Shown here: in pieces, positions 11,620-23,520 of the stretch
How positions within the stretch are numbered: position 1 is the first letter of the stretch
How the letters are laid out: each line of letters begins with the position of its first letter
The notes under the pieces: generated by a model
Told to the model about the DNA's origin: nothing
The model's database searches: none
The model's input: only the letters and a program-made list of their open reading frames with translations
Assembly (NCBI GenBank): GCA_032718475.1
Contig: JAUCBJ010004716.1
Location: 1 to 34,671, forward strand
Length of the DNA stretch: 34,671 nt
Source: Nemertoderma westbladi
Taxonomy: Eukaryota > Animalia > Xenacoelomorpha
Direction of reading: 5' to 3'
Program-made: the position numbers and the translations under genes

Positions 11620-14600
11620 TTCTCGGTCTCTTTCCAGTAAACATAAACGACCAACCGGGCGATTAAGTTGTTGCGTCTCGAACACAGATATATGAGTCTC
11701 GATGATGCGACCTGTCTGCCACCTCTTACGGGGAAGATCTGATTCCACGATTAGGACCATGTCTCCGGCGCTGACGTTTTCTTGCTGCGCAAACCACTTT
11801 GTTCGAAGTTGTAGCGTAGGAAGATAATGTTTTTCAAAATGGTCAGTGAAACGACGAGATAATAACTGCATAAGTTGCCAGTTTGTCGGCAGTATTCGTC
11901 TCCGTCTGTTATTTCCGACTGCGGGAGCATGGCTACAGGTTTCTTTAGTAGGAAATGCGCGGGTGGTGTTAGCGCTTCTAGGGAGTCGGGACTAGATGAG
12001 ACTGGCATAAGCGGTCTCTCGTTGAGATAGGCAGCGATTTCTTCCATTGACGTCCGCAAAAGTTCGTCGGTGAGATACGCGCGGCATGGCACTATGAAGT
12101 GAAATGCGGTCTTCACGCTTCGTATGAGTCTCTCCCAATTTCCTCCCCACCAAGGAGCGTCGGCAGCATTGAAGGTCCAGCTAGATGCTGTTACTCTTAG
12201 CTGATCGTCAACCTGTCTTTGGTTCCAATCCTTCACGTAAGCTTTGACCTCGTTATTGGCACCAATGAAATTTGTTCCTTTATCAGATCTCATTGTGTTG
12301 CTAGTCCCAAAACGAGCGATTTGTCGGCGTAAACTCAGTATGAAGCTGTTGGTAGATAGATCATTCACCATATCTAAATGGATCGCTCTACAAGTCATAC
12401 AGACAAAGATGATGCACCATCGCTTGACTCTAGTCCTAGCACGATATACTTCAATAGGGCCAAATAAATCCACACCAGTATTAGTAAAGGGTGGTTCATA
12501 ACAGCTTACTCGTTCCCTAGGTAATTCTGCCTCTCGCTGTGTCAAAGGCCTACTAAATGCTTTCCTACAAGGTATACAGTTACTAAGAACTTTGTTTAGA
12601 GCTCTACGGGGTTTATGGAAGTAATAGCGAGTTCGAATTTCACTAAGAACTCGTTCTCTACCAGCATGGTAAAGCTTACTGTGAACATCTACAATCATCT
12701 TGATCTGTATTTCAAGATTTCTAATGAGTATGGGAAACTTAGTGTCAAAGGACAATGGAGCATTAGTTAGTCTCCCTCCAACACGTATTAACCCATCTAT
12801 CATTGTGCTAGAGAAACGATCCCTTAAGCGCATCTGTGGATTTCTCAACAACAGGAAATACTTATCGGAATCCTCGTAACATTGCAGGAGTCTCAGTATC
12901 TGCTTGTTGGTATTATCATGTTCTTGGTAACTGATCTTCTCAGTCAGGAACCTATCCGGCACTCTATAAGTGGGAAGGTCTTTAGTAGCATGGACCTTTT
13001 CTGCTACTACTGGAGCGGTGTCATTAGCAACCTTCGTCCTGGAATAGTGTTGATGGAAGCATCTTTTCAAAAATACAATGGCCTTACAAAGCCAATTCCA
13101 GGAGCTGTAATGATCTATCGCTCTTTGTAGGAGAGGAGAGAGTCCTTGCGAGACATCTGGTGTTCCAGATTTCCAGTCTCTTTCTCTGATTTCTATAACG
13201 GATTTATTTGCATCTCGGTTAACATCCATGGGTGAGTTTATATCCACAGCGCCGTCACCGGATGCGTGTAGCACAGACAGATCTATCACTGGTTTAAATA
13301 ACTTTGATTTACTCGTCCGGGTTTTCGGTTTAAATTTCTCCACTCCCTTGGCTTGTCTAATTTCCACCGTGGTGAGATGAGGGGGCCATTCCTCCTCTTC
13401 TTTACTCAGGAAGTCGGGTCCACCTAACCAGTCTGGAGTATCTATCAATTCTTGAGGAGTTGCTCCTCTGGAAGCAATGTCAGCTGGATTAATCGTCCCA
13501 GGGCAATGTCTCCATTGATCTATATTAGAGCGACTGAGTATAATGGCTACTCTGTTGGTAACGAAGACGCTGAACTGACAGACTTCATTTGTTATATACT
13601 CCAGAATGAGTAAAGCATCAGTCCAATAGACAGTTTTCTCAAGTGGATAGTCGATCTGTTCTGTTGCATTCCGGCTGATGGCTGTAGCGTATAGAGCCGC
13701 CTTTAACTCCGCTCTAGGAACTCGTAGTTTGTTGTTTATTAGGGCCTTAGAAGCGACCAATGAAACTTTAATTCCATCTGGAGTTTCAACCCTCAGGTAG
13801 GCTACTATACCTATTCCAATATTGCTGGCGTCTCCAAACACATGGAGTTGATAGGAATACGTGGGGAGAACGTGACTAAAATATGAGCGGGAAATCTTAA
13901 AGTTCTCGATGGATGGTAGAGAATCTTCCCATTTCCTCCACTTCTTTAGCAGTTCTCCCTTGAGTGGATCATCCCACGAGTGGTTTTCGAGCCACATTTG
14001 TTGTACTAAGCTCGGAGCAACTAATATAACTGGGCTAATAAATCCCAATGAATCGAAATAAGTGCTCAGGATACTTAGACAAATCCGTTTAGTTCTAACT
14101 GGATTATCTCGTTGCTTTAATTGAAAGAATAGAATGTCTCTCTCCGTGTCCCATTTTAATCCAAGAGTCTTGGTTTCTGGAAGATCGTCCTTAATGAGGT
14201 CCAGGTCTTTAACACCTCGGTCTTCTACTGGTATCGATTCCAGGAACTCAAGGGAGTTGCTAGTGAATTTGGTTAGGCGAAATCCACCTCGTCGTAAGCA
14301 CTCGACCGTTCCCTTGGCAACATTTATTGCTTCTTCCACCGATGGAAGGGACTTTAAATTGTCGTCCATGTAAATATCCCATTTGATGTTGTCGATAACC
14401 GCTTTAGAGAAGGCTTCTCGATTGTCATCGGCAGTGGTACGCACTACCGAACAAGCGTTCAAGGGGCTCGAGATGATCCCGAAAGCCTGGATTGCCATCC
14501 AGTACTCCACCGGTTTTAGGTTGAGGTCTCCTTCAGGCCACCACAGAAATCGTAGGCTGTCTCAATCCCTATCCAACGCTTTGACTTGAAGTAACATGCC

Positions 14601-15870
14601 TTCAATATCCGAAGCGAACGCGATCGAATATTGACGCAGTCTTAGTAATATTCCCAACAAAGATTGGAGTAAGTTGGGTCCCGGCAATAGTTCGGAATTC
14701 AGGGATTGTCCCATGTAAAGGGTGGAGCCGTCAAACACTACCCGGACTTCGTTTGGTTTACCGGGCTTGGGAACGTAATGATGTGTTAAATAATACGTTC
14801 TCTCCGTTATGGGTGTTTCTTCTGGAACTCGCTCCGCGTAGCCCTTGTCTATAAATTTCTTCAGTTGGGTTTTATACATTTCCCTGGCTTGAACGTTAGC
14901 CATCAGACGCCGATGTAGTTGTGCGATTCTTTTTTCCGCTAAAGGTCGGTTATTTACGAAGCTGGGTTCTCGTCGTCGGAACGGAAGACCAATCTCATAG
15001 CGACCTTCATCCTTCAGATAACGTGTGGTCGTTTCCTGAATCTGTTTGGCTCTCTCCTCTTCGACAGATAAAGCTTTGTCGTAGGAATTAGGCTCTACGG
15101 CTTCTTGAGCAAAGAATCGTACGGCGTGTTAATCGCGTATTTTGTTATTATATCGATCTATTACTTCGTTTAATTCATCATTATACGTGAATTGTTCGCT
15201 ATGTTGGTTGATAATGTGACATAGGTTGACTTGGTTTAGCCAAGTTTGGTTCTCAGTGAGGAGATCAATGGTATTTTCCTCGTCATATAGGTTGCTTATG
15301 TCGTCGTTATCTGAGGAGTATGGGGTTTCCTCAGCTGGGATTTCTTCTTCACTTATATCTTCCTCCCATTCACTCACCTGGTGGGCTTGTTCACTTGAGA
15401 GTCTTTCCAGTAAGGTCCTATGGGAAGGTCCAGTGAAGTACCAACCTACTCTTGTTCTTCCCGCATATGTCTGGATTGGCTGCGGTCGAGCAGGCCGTTT
15501 TTCTAATGTCTCAAGCGCCTTGTGTGCATTTTGGCCGAGTAAAATCTGTACCCCTGGATAATCGGTCCTGAATCTAGGTATGTCGTGTTGCTGGGTATAA
15601 TGATCTTCGTCCCAGTTGTAAGGCTCCACTTGGCTAGTAGCAAAGTTCTTTATCGCCACCATCTTGATGGACCTTACGCTATGTTCTCCTAGTTCATCCT
15701 GGGGAGTGGACAACGCACCCACGTAGTAATCTGTGGCTACTGTGGATTTCCAAACCTGCATAATTCCGGAAAGGTTCAGTTTGGTTCGGAACTTTGGTTG
15801 TCCAGCAAAGATATCTTCGGCTAGGTCTTTGTCGATAAAGGTGCCTGTACTGCCGGAGTCGGGCTCACTG
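11620..15870 (-). pseudogene. pol: Element A pol: protease, reverse transcriptase, RNase H, integrase (several stops and frameshifts)
   Basis: DSGS protease motif (~15860); YYLTHH...VRVVFDGS...LNSELLPGPNL...DIEGM and YMDD (RT); LHVFGDAS, PRAEL, YWTD, NPADIASRG (Pao-type RNase H); H.GRE...C..C, TGVDLFGP, SDKGTNF, WWGGNWERL (IN); YLPTLQLRTKW...W..GRI C-terminal domain in ORF 11443..11871. Confidence 0.95.
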
Positions 15871-15879
15871 ACTCGTACG

Positions 15880-18800
15880 GGTCCTGTCAAATTCTGTGTG
15901 CAGCAAAATATGATGTTTCGCGCCGCACTTAGCACACCACGCGTCTGAATAACCGGTCCGTCGTTGATGTCCTCATCTGAGGCAATTATAACACAACCGC
16001 TTATCCCACATGACATCACGTCTATCCTTCAGGGATTTCTTTAAGAATTCATCACACACACTCAAGCGATGTGGCCCGTCGCACAATACACATTTAGGTT
16101 TGATGTTACTTACCTTAACCTGTGTCGTGTTGTGTACACTAGCTCTTCCTTCGGGCTTTCTTCCATGAATTCTCTTAGGAGACGTAGGGGGAGTTGTTAC
16201 TTGTTCTCTCCTGTTACCGGTTCGAGACTTAGATTTACTTACGTCTTTCCTTACTTTATTGATGTAATAAGATCTTTCGGTGTCCTTGCCGCTGTTCTCG
16301 TCATAGGAAGTCTGGCTTTCGCCATCGTCCGTATAACACACTGGTGTTACCTTTCTCCTGGTAATGGGTTTTTTACTTACCTTACTTTCCGGTGTCTTCT
16401 CTCTGGACTGCTTTAGGAGCTGTAATCTTACCTCTCCGTTTAAGAACGACATGAGATCAGCCATGGTAGGGTCTCTTTGTTGCTGGTCCATCAGATAGAG
16501 AACCCTTTTGTCCCAGCGAGTACCTACTCCACCCTTTGGCAAAGTTGATGCTACGGCTCCAACAACCATAGAACTCTGGTATTCCTGAGACTTGCCTAAC
16601 CAATCTAGCTGTCTACAGATCTCCTGAATCTCAACGGAAAACTCTATAATCCCGCTGCTAAGAAACTTTCGGGGCGCTACTAATTTCGCATACAGATACC
16701 TAGCTATGTTATTCCTATTACCATACCTGATGTTTAGTGTATCCCAAACTTGTCTCAATCCGTCTGGATGTCCAATAAACTTTAACGCCATTAACTTGGG
16801 AGGTCCTTCCAAGCACTCGATGAGGAATCGTAGTTTCTCTCCGTTGGATAGGACGGAGTTCTGTATGTTATTTTTGTAATATTCATTAAAAGGTAACCAT
16901 TTCATCTCATCTCCATTGAACTTGACGACTTCTCCCACCTTTACCGTTTGACGGGCTTCAGTTCAAGCCATCTGACGTGTAAAACTTTCTTGAGCCATTG
17001 TGTTATTTAATATCGAATTATCGGTATATAAATTTCTCGGATTTATATCAGATCTGTATGGGATATCATTATCAACAGGCTTATTACTACCCTTAATAGG
17101 GTTTACTATAGGAGTTTATACTTCGCTAGCAGTATAGATGCATGTAGGCTCCACACCTTGCGCATGAAATACTTCAGACCTAACGGGCTGACACATTGTT
17201 ACAGGGGGTAGTGGCATACCCATTTGTATATTCACTAATTTATATTTTGCTGTACTTCTTGCAGCTCTAACCTACTCTCTCTTACTGTTCCCTTTAACAG
17301 CTGAACAGTCCCTTCCAATTCTCGGACTTGTTTGGAAGATCTCTCCTTGTGGTCTTCAAGTTGCCCGAGCAACTGCTCCATCCCCTGTCGTCCCTCGTCC
17401 ATCCACTCGACCGCGGAGGCGGGAGTCGCCAACGTAGTAGCGGGATGGCGCATCGGGATGATGGGAGACAATCTGTTAAGAATGTCTTGCTCGGCGTCCA
17501 GGATTATTTGGGATTCCGGCAGTTGTCTACTGGGCACAGGTAGTTTGGTACTGTGCAAAGGGAATTTAGAGTTAGGTTCTTGGAGCAAAGGGGTCTCTAT
17601 TAAGGGAGTGGCTTCGCTAACAGGCCTAATTATTTCTGGCTCATCTACTATAGTAGGGAGTCTTTCTACTCTAATAATCGGGGCTGTTGGTTCTTGATTA
17701 CTTAAGTCTACATTAGATAGCTCCCTTCCCACCGCAGAGGGTAAGTTAGGTAACTTCTGCTGGTGTGGCGCTCTTCTACGTCCACTTGAACAAGATTGAT
17801 TACCTTTACCTTCGGGGTCAGTTGTATCACCTTCATCCGAGGAAGTAAATCCCTTACTTCTGGGAGTAGATCGACTCAGTAGTTGCATCTGAGTAGCTGC
17901 CCTTTGTTTATTTAAGTAATCTTGTTTCGCCTGAAGGCTATCCAACTCTAGTTGGACTGTCGCTTCAGATGCCCTCCGTTCTGCTTCTGCCACTGCCGCT
18001 GCCGCCTTTCTTTCAGCTTCTGCTGCTGCAGCTGCCGCTTTTCTTTCAGCTTCTGCTGCTGCAGCTGCCTCTTTTCTTTCAGCTTCTGCTGCTGCAGCTG
18101 CCTCCTTTCTTTCAGCCTCTGCTGCTGCCGCTGCCACTGCCTTTCGGTCTTCTATTTGTTTCTTCTTTAATTGTTCTTCTTGGTCCATTGTGATGAGAAT
18201 GCTTTCATCAAATTTAGCCTGCTCCGCAGCTAATATTTCCGCATCTAAAGAGTCCAACACGAATTTGGCTCCCTCACTATTGGGGTGAAGTCCAGCTAGA
18301 CGTCTCCTTAGCTCTTTGTCACTTATAAATCGTTGATAATCCGACAGATAGATGTCAATAGCATCCTTCTTCTGAGGTTTCTCTGCTATCGCTTCTCCTT
18401 CCACATGAGAAAAGGTGGCATCTGTTGACTCTCCGTGGGTTATGCGTTCAGTTAGCTGAACCTCCCATTGTGTTGTTCCCTGGACCTTAACATTCACTCG
18501 TTGGAACCAAGTCTTTACAGCCACTTGCAACGACGTGTCTTGGCTTCTCTTCGAGGCCTCTTCAAAGGCTGAAAGGATTAACCTGATCCGCAAGATACAT
18601 TCTCTCACTTGATAAAGCAGATCTCCCTGCTCTTGAGGTCCTTGTGTTTGTTGGAATAAATGTTCTTCTAGTCGTTCCATGGAGTTGAAGAATCCCTGGA
18701 CATATCCTGCTGCTGACCCCTTCCATACAGCTGGATCTCGGGTGTCCCTTACTACCCCCATCCAGTATAAGTCTTCCCAGGCAGCTTCCAACAAGTTAAA

Positions 18801-19316
18801 CGGGAGTCCGGGTCCGGGGAAGTTCCATTGCGTCTCTACAATAGACCTTAGTTCTTCCATCAGGTATCCCGCATAACTGTCCCTGGTCGATCTCTTATTT
18901 CTCATCCAATCAGCTTGATGTTCCTCCACAGCTATCAGTACTCTAGTGAGTACGGCCCCAGGAAGAATTAGAAGTGGATCTGGATAAACCGCTTCTTCCA
19001 TCCTTACTCCGATTACGGGCGTTAACTCTTCAGTGTCGGAACTAGAGTTATTCTGCCATTGAGAAATAAGTTCTCGGTTCGGGTGCTGTTGTTGTTTAGC
19101 AGCCGTCTCTTGGTCTCGCTTAACTTGAGCCCTAGTGCCTATAATAGACCTATGGTGCTTTACCAGCCTAGGGTCTGATACCACTACTGTAGGAATGACT
19201 TTTCTTACAGTAGGAGGGGAATTAGACTTCGGTCTGAGATGTTCAATACTTTGATCTGGTTCACAGATTGTTCTTTCCAGGAGACTAACTGACATTGTTT
19301 GCTTTGTGTTAGACAT
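15880..19316 (-). pseudogene. gag: Element A gag with long N-terminal extension
   Basis: ATG at 19316 opens 693 aa (coiled-coil, Pro-rich). A frameshift near 17240 and two stops lead in frame into KFNGD...W..F...EKLRFL..L.GP...L..RYG (Bel/Pao gag core) and three Cys/His knuckles: CVLCDGPHRLSVC, CYNCLR*GH and CAKCGAKHHILLH. Confidence 0.9.
17975..18142 (-). repeat. In-frame 30-33-bp tandem repeat encoding (AAAAAEAERKE/A) x5
   Basis: Directly visible GCAGCTGCAGCAGCAGAAGCTGAAAGAAA units in gag A. Confidence 0.9.
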
Positions 19317-21060
19317 AATTTATTCTACAGTTGAATGACTACTGCTATAATGACAGTTAAAGCAGGTCTAGGGGAAATCAGTATCAACTGTCAGCATAGT
19401 AGTTACCGATATCGTGGTAACGTGGTATATATTTAATATTAAAATACTGGTATACACTTATAGTATATATATAAGTATTATTACAAACTAGGATCAGTCA
19501 CAGAATACCGGTATATAAGTTCAGCCTAATTTTATATAAATATAATAAGCTTATCATAAATACCGGTAATGTCAATTATTTAATAATAACTGATTTTCTG
19601 AATTTTAGGGTTACTTTCCTCTACTTTATCACTGATATTAAGCAGTAGTTCAACTGATATTAAGACCGAATTGATGTATAACAGGCCTACTATTTTACAA
19701 ATCTGATTGAATTAATTTATAAATATATATATATATACTCGTAATGGGTTTTGACAATAATTGAAATAAATGTTATTATTTCTGAGTAAGGAGTCACTAC
19801 ACAGGGGCTGAACGCTCTCAGTGGAGTGCTATTTATTGGACACTAATACGGATAATTCTACTTAACTAAGTTACTTATTACTACAAATTACTTACAGATC
19901 GGGTTGTGATCACAATCTCTAAATAAACAATAAACAAGTTACACATACAATTTTTAGGGTAATTTAACAAGAAATCTACAAACCAGCCTAACAAGGAGTT
20001 AGAATTTCTGGTTCTTACTAACTGACAGGAAATTACGGTAGTTGAAACCAATAAAGTAGTAGTAAGTAAGTTGCGTTGTCCAGATAAGGAAATACCACTG
20101 TCTAACGACTTATAGTCTTAAACTATAAGTACTACGTTATGTACCCGGAGTGTCCTATACCTAGAGGTTAATTATCGAAGCCAATAACCAGAGCTAACGG
20201 ACCTATTAACCACGTTACAACACAAGTATACTGCCTATACACTAAATTACTTTTGGAAAGCACTGTACTCTAAACCCTAAATTAGGTACAAGTACTTATA
20301 CAACAAATAACTAGCAGTTAAATATACTTGAACAGCCAAAAGAACCACGGTATCTGCTGGAGTGACCGGAGCACAAAATCACCAGTCTTTACCTACGCCA
20401 AGCAGCCCTGATGTAGTACCGGGGTTAATTTAACTATAACGGTATGCATAACAAGCACAATTACTGTAAGGAATAAACTTAGGGAGTTGAAGGTTGCTAA
20501 TACTTGCATAAACTCTGAATAATAAATATTACACTACCTGTACAGACTATTTAAATAAAACACAGACCAAATGCTGGCAGACTACTGTCAAGCCTAAATA
20601 AACTACAGTATATGCAGACTCTGAAATGGTTAGTTAGTAGGCGTTCTAATCAAGTAGTACGACTTATTCTTTCGTGGAGGATTTACCTTACAGCACTGGA
20701 TGCCTCCACCTTCCTAACTAGCACTTTATCGGACAGACACTCTACATATACTGCAATCGCCTCAGACCTAACAACAGCCAGACAACAATCCGGCCTACAA
20801 ATTATTTATACAATCTGAGCAGGTTCTGCTCCTTCTGCTCAATATTACACTTACAGATAAATAAAACTGACAGAAATAAGTAAACCATACAAAGGAATAA
20901 GGGGTGATCAATCCCTAATCCCCTAACAGCCTACAATATACAATATTTCACAATCGAAATAATACTGGGTAAGTAAGTACCGGTTCGGGTTATTAGGCCT
21001 ACAGTTTACCGTCTGACCGGTACATTCGACTTTATTGCCTACTGCGCAATAAAGAAACAG

Positions 21061-21071
21061 AAATCTATTAT
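21061..21071 (-). promoter_or_regulatory. Non-tRNA primer-binding site candidate of element A
   Basis: Element-sense ATAATAGATTT abuts the 5' LTR end (..GAACA) with no TGG; it is the exact complement of the LTR motif at 5641-5651 and 34387-34397. Confidence 0.65.
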
Positions 21072-21244
21072 TGTTCGCGCTTTCAGACCTTTAGCAGTTT
21101 TAACTGCCAATCTTAATTGTCCTTTTGATTATGAATCGACTTTAGCCCTTACCAATTACCTGGTGTACTGAAGTTACATCCGCCGAAGCCAGTCCGTGCG
21201 CGGCGTATGACCCACGGTGTGGGAGATTGGATTCGGGTTCCTTA
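21072..21244 (-). repeat. 5' LTR of element A, PBS-proximal (U5) part
   Basis: Matches 4887-5055; homology breaks at the element B insertion (GGGTT CCTTA|). Confidence 0.95.
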
Positions 21245-21837
21245 AGTGACGGGATCAGTGGATCCTGACCGGTTTTGTTTCGCTACGCGTCACCGTGTTG
21301 ATGAGAAGAAGAAAAGATGGTAGTTGTTATCGTTCGAGTTGTTATAGGTTGACACATAGCTATCACAGCACAGTTGATAGATAATTGAATGGTGATATAA
21401 TGAGATAACTGAGTACTGGTAAATACAATATGTTGTTTGTACTGTAGTGACGGTGACGGTGCGAAATGTCACCGTACCGCACCTGATGACTGAGTAAACT
21501 GAATCTTGGGCACTAACCGGTAATATTATATATCTACATTACCTATGGCCATTGTACCCAGCGGATGCGTTTCTTGGCTCCCATTGGCCAATAACCTAAT
21601 TCTCGCCCTCGAATGTGGGATTGTTCCCCCCCCCCCCCCCCCCCACTGCTGTTACTTTCCCTTCCCGGAGGTTTAACCTCTGACCCCCCTTTGTGTGCGG
21701 CCCTTTGGGGTTTGTCGTCCCCGTTTATAGGGGGTGATACGAGGTTGATTGGTAATCAATCTTGTATTCCCCAATATTGCTTAAAGGCACCGTTTCCCAA
21801 CTTTATGGGGCGGTCAGCGAAATTGAATCCGCTGACA
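21245..21837 (-). repeat. 3' LTR of element B (593 bp)
   Basis: About 97% identical by eye to 33196-33789; terminal T changed to A (AGTGAC vs TGTGAT). Confidence 0.96.
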
Positions 21838-21846
21838 CTCCCCCCC
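21838..21846 (-). promoter_or_regulatory. Polypurine tract of element B
   Basis: Minus strand GGGGGGGAG immediately before TGTCAGC. Confidence 0.85.
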
Positions 21847-22949
21847 ATGCTATCTTCCCGGTGAGAAGATAGCATCCACCTCAAGGGCGCTTCAATTCCG
21901 CTGGAACCCGATCTACTATCGGGTATGGGGTGGAGTTATTTTCCTCGGAGCCGGCTTTCCAGGCCGCTCCCTATGGGCATGATATCGCTACCCTCTTTTG
22001 GTGCAACTTTATCTATCTTGCATGAAGACATCTGACGTCCTGTGTCGGGCCAAGTGTGGGTCTCTCTTACACAATTTTTGTTTCCCCAACACTCTCTCCA
22101 CTCTAACTCCGTTCTAACTGATTCTAGTTTTCCCTCCACTCTAACTCTCGGACCCCTTCGTCCCTCACTCTACCTCTTACTCCTCCTCCCCCACACTTGA
22201 ATTACACTCCTCTCACTTTCCCTCATCTTGTCAAAAACCTCCTCTCCGTTCTTCCCCCCGATTCCCCTTCTCGCTTTCATCCATTGCATGCTTATCGGGC
22301 CCCACACATGGGCGCTCATGTTACTGGGAGCCGTCCAAGTCCCGTTCTGTCGCCCTAGTCAATTAATCCCCAGTCCCAGTAGCTAATTGGAAAGGCTGTA
22401 CTTGACCAGGGTACATACTGTATAATATATATACGAATTATTATATAATTATTATAAGATTATAATTATTATCATTATATATATTATATTGTGTGCTCGT
22501 TTACATAACGCGTTTCATTCCTATTACTCTCTACTCTCTCTCCGCCTTTCTCGCCTGGCGACTTCTTCCAGTCGCTTCCCCTCAAGTCTATCCGCTTCCA
22601 ACTTTTCCCACCTTTGTTATGTGTATCCACCTCCCTGTCTACTAGATGCCGGCTGTTGTATTTCACCGACTCGCCCTTCAGCCCCGGGTGGTCTACCAGA
22701 CCTTCGAAGGCCACCTTGAAGGCTCTTCTGTAGTTCGGAGGTGATCCTGGATATTCTTAATTTTATTTTTAATTTTGTTTTATTTTTATCTCTTTTTGCC
22801 CCTGTTCTGTGCTATCATTTTGTACTTACCTCTCTACTTACTTCTTACGACGTAACTCTCTTGCTAACTTCTTACTAACTATTAACTTCACTAATTCTAC
22901 TAACTCAAACTCTACTAACTCTCTAATTCTACTAACTCAAACTAACTCT

Positions 22950-23205
22950 CTACCTCTAACGGTACTATATACCCTCTATACCACACTCCCTGATTTTTTT
23001 AATTTCTAACTCTCTCGGTACCACGTACCCTCTTACTCCCGTGGTATGTCTCTATACCACACTCCCTGTGCTTCTACTCTAACGGTACTACGTACCCTCT
23101 TACTCCCGTGGCATGTCTCTATACCACACTCCCTGTGCTTCTACTCTAACGGTACTACGTACCCTCTTACTCCCGTGGTATGTCTCTATACCACTCTCCC
23201 TGATC
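22950..23205. repeat. 67-bp tandem repeat (~3 copies plus a partial) in a CTA-rich 3' UTR of element B
   Basis: GGTACYACGTACCCTCTTACTCCCGTGG... at 23017, 23084 and 23151, within (CTAA/CTTA)-rich low-complexity sequence 22820-23400. Confidence 0.9.
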
Positions 23206-23520
23206 TCTAACTAACTTCCTCTTACTTCTTACTACTTACTAACTTCTTGCTACTACTAACTTCTTATTAACTACTACGCTTTACACAACTTATACCCTAA
23301 CTTCTACTAACTCTTACTAACCGGTACTACGTACCCTCTTACTGACTATCTCTTACTAACTTCTATCTGCCTACTTACTTACTACGTACCTACTACGTAC
23401 TATTATTTTTTCTTTCTCTTTCTTTATTTATTTTATTAATTTTTTTTATATTTTGTGTGTGGGAAGGGCGTCTCGCCCTCAATCTCACCCCCCTCAGTCC
23501 AACACTTGGACGACTAAACT

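Noticed and set aside
21290-21864. ORFs duplicated at 21290/33241 and 21613/33496
   Set aside because: They are duplicated only because they lie in LTR B; they are short and not protein-like.
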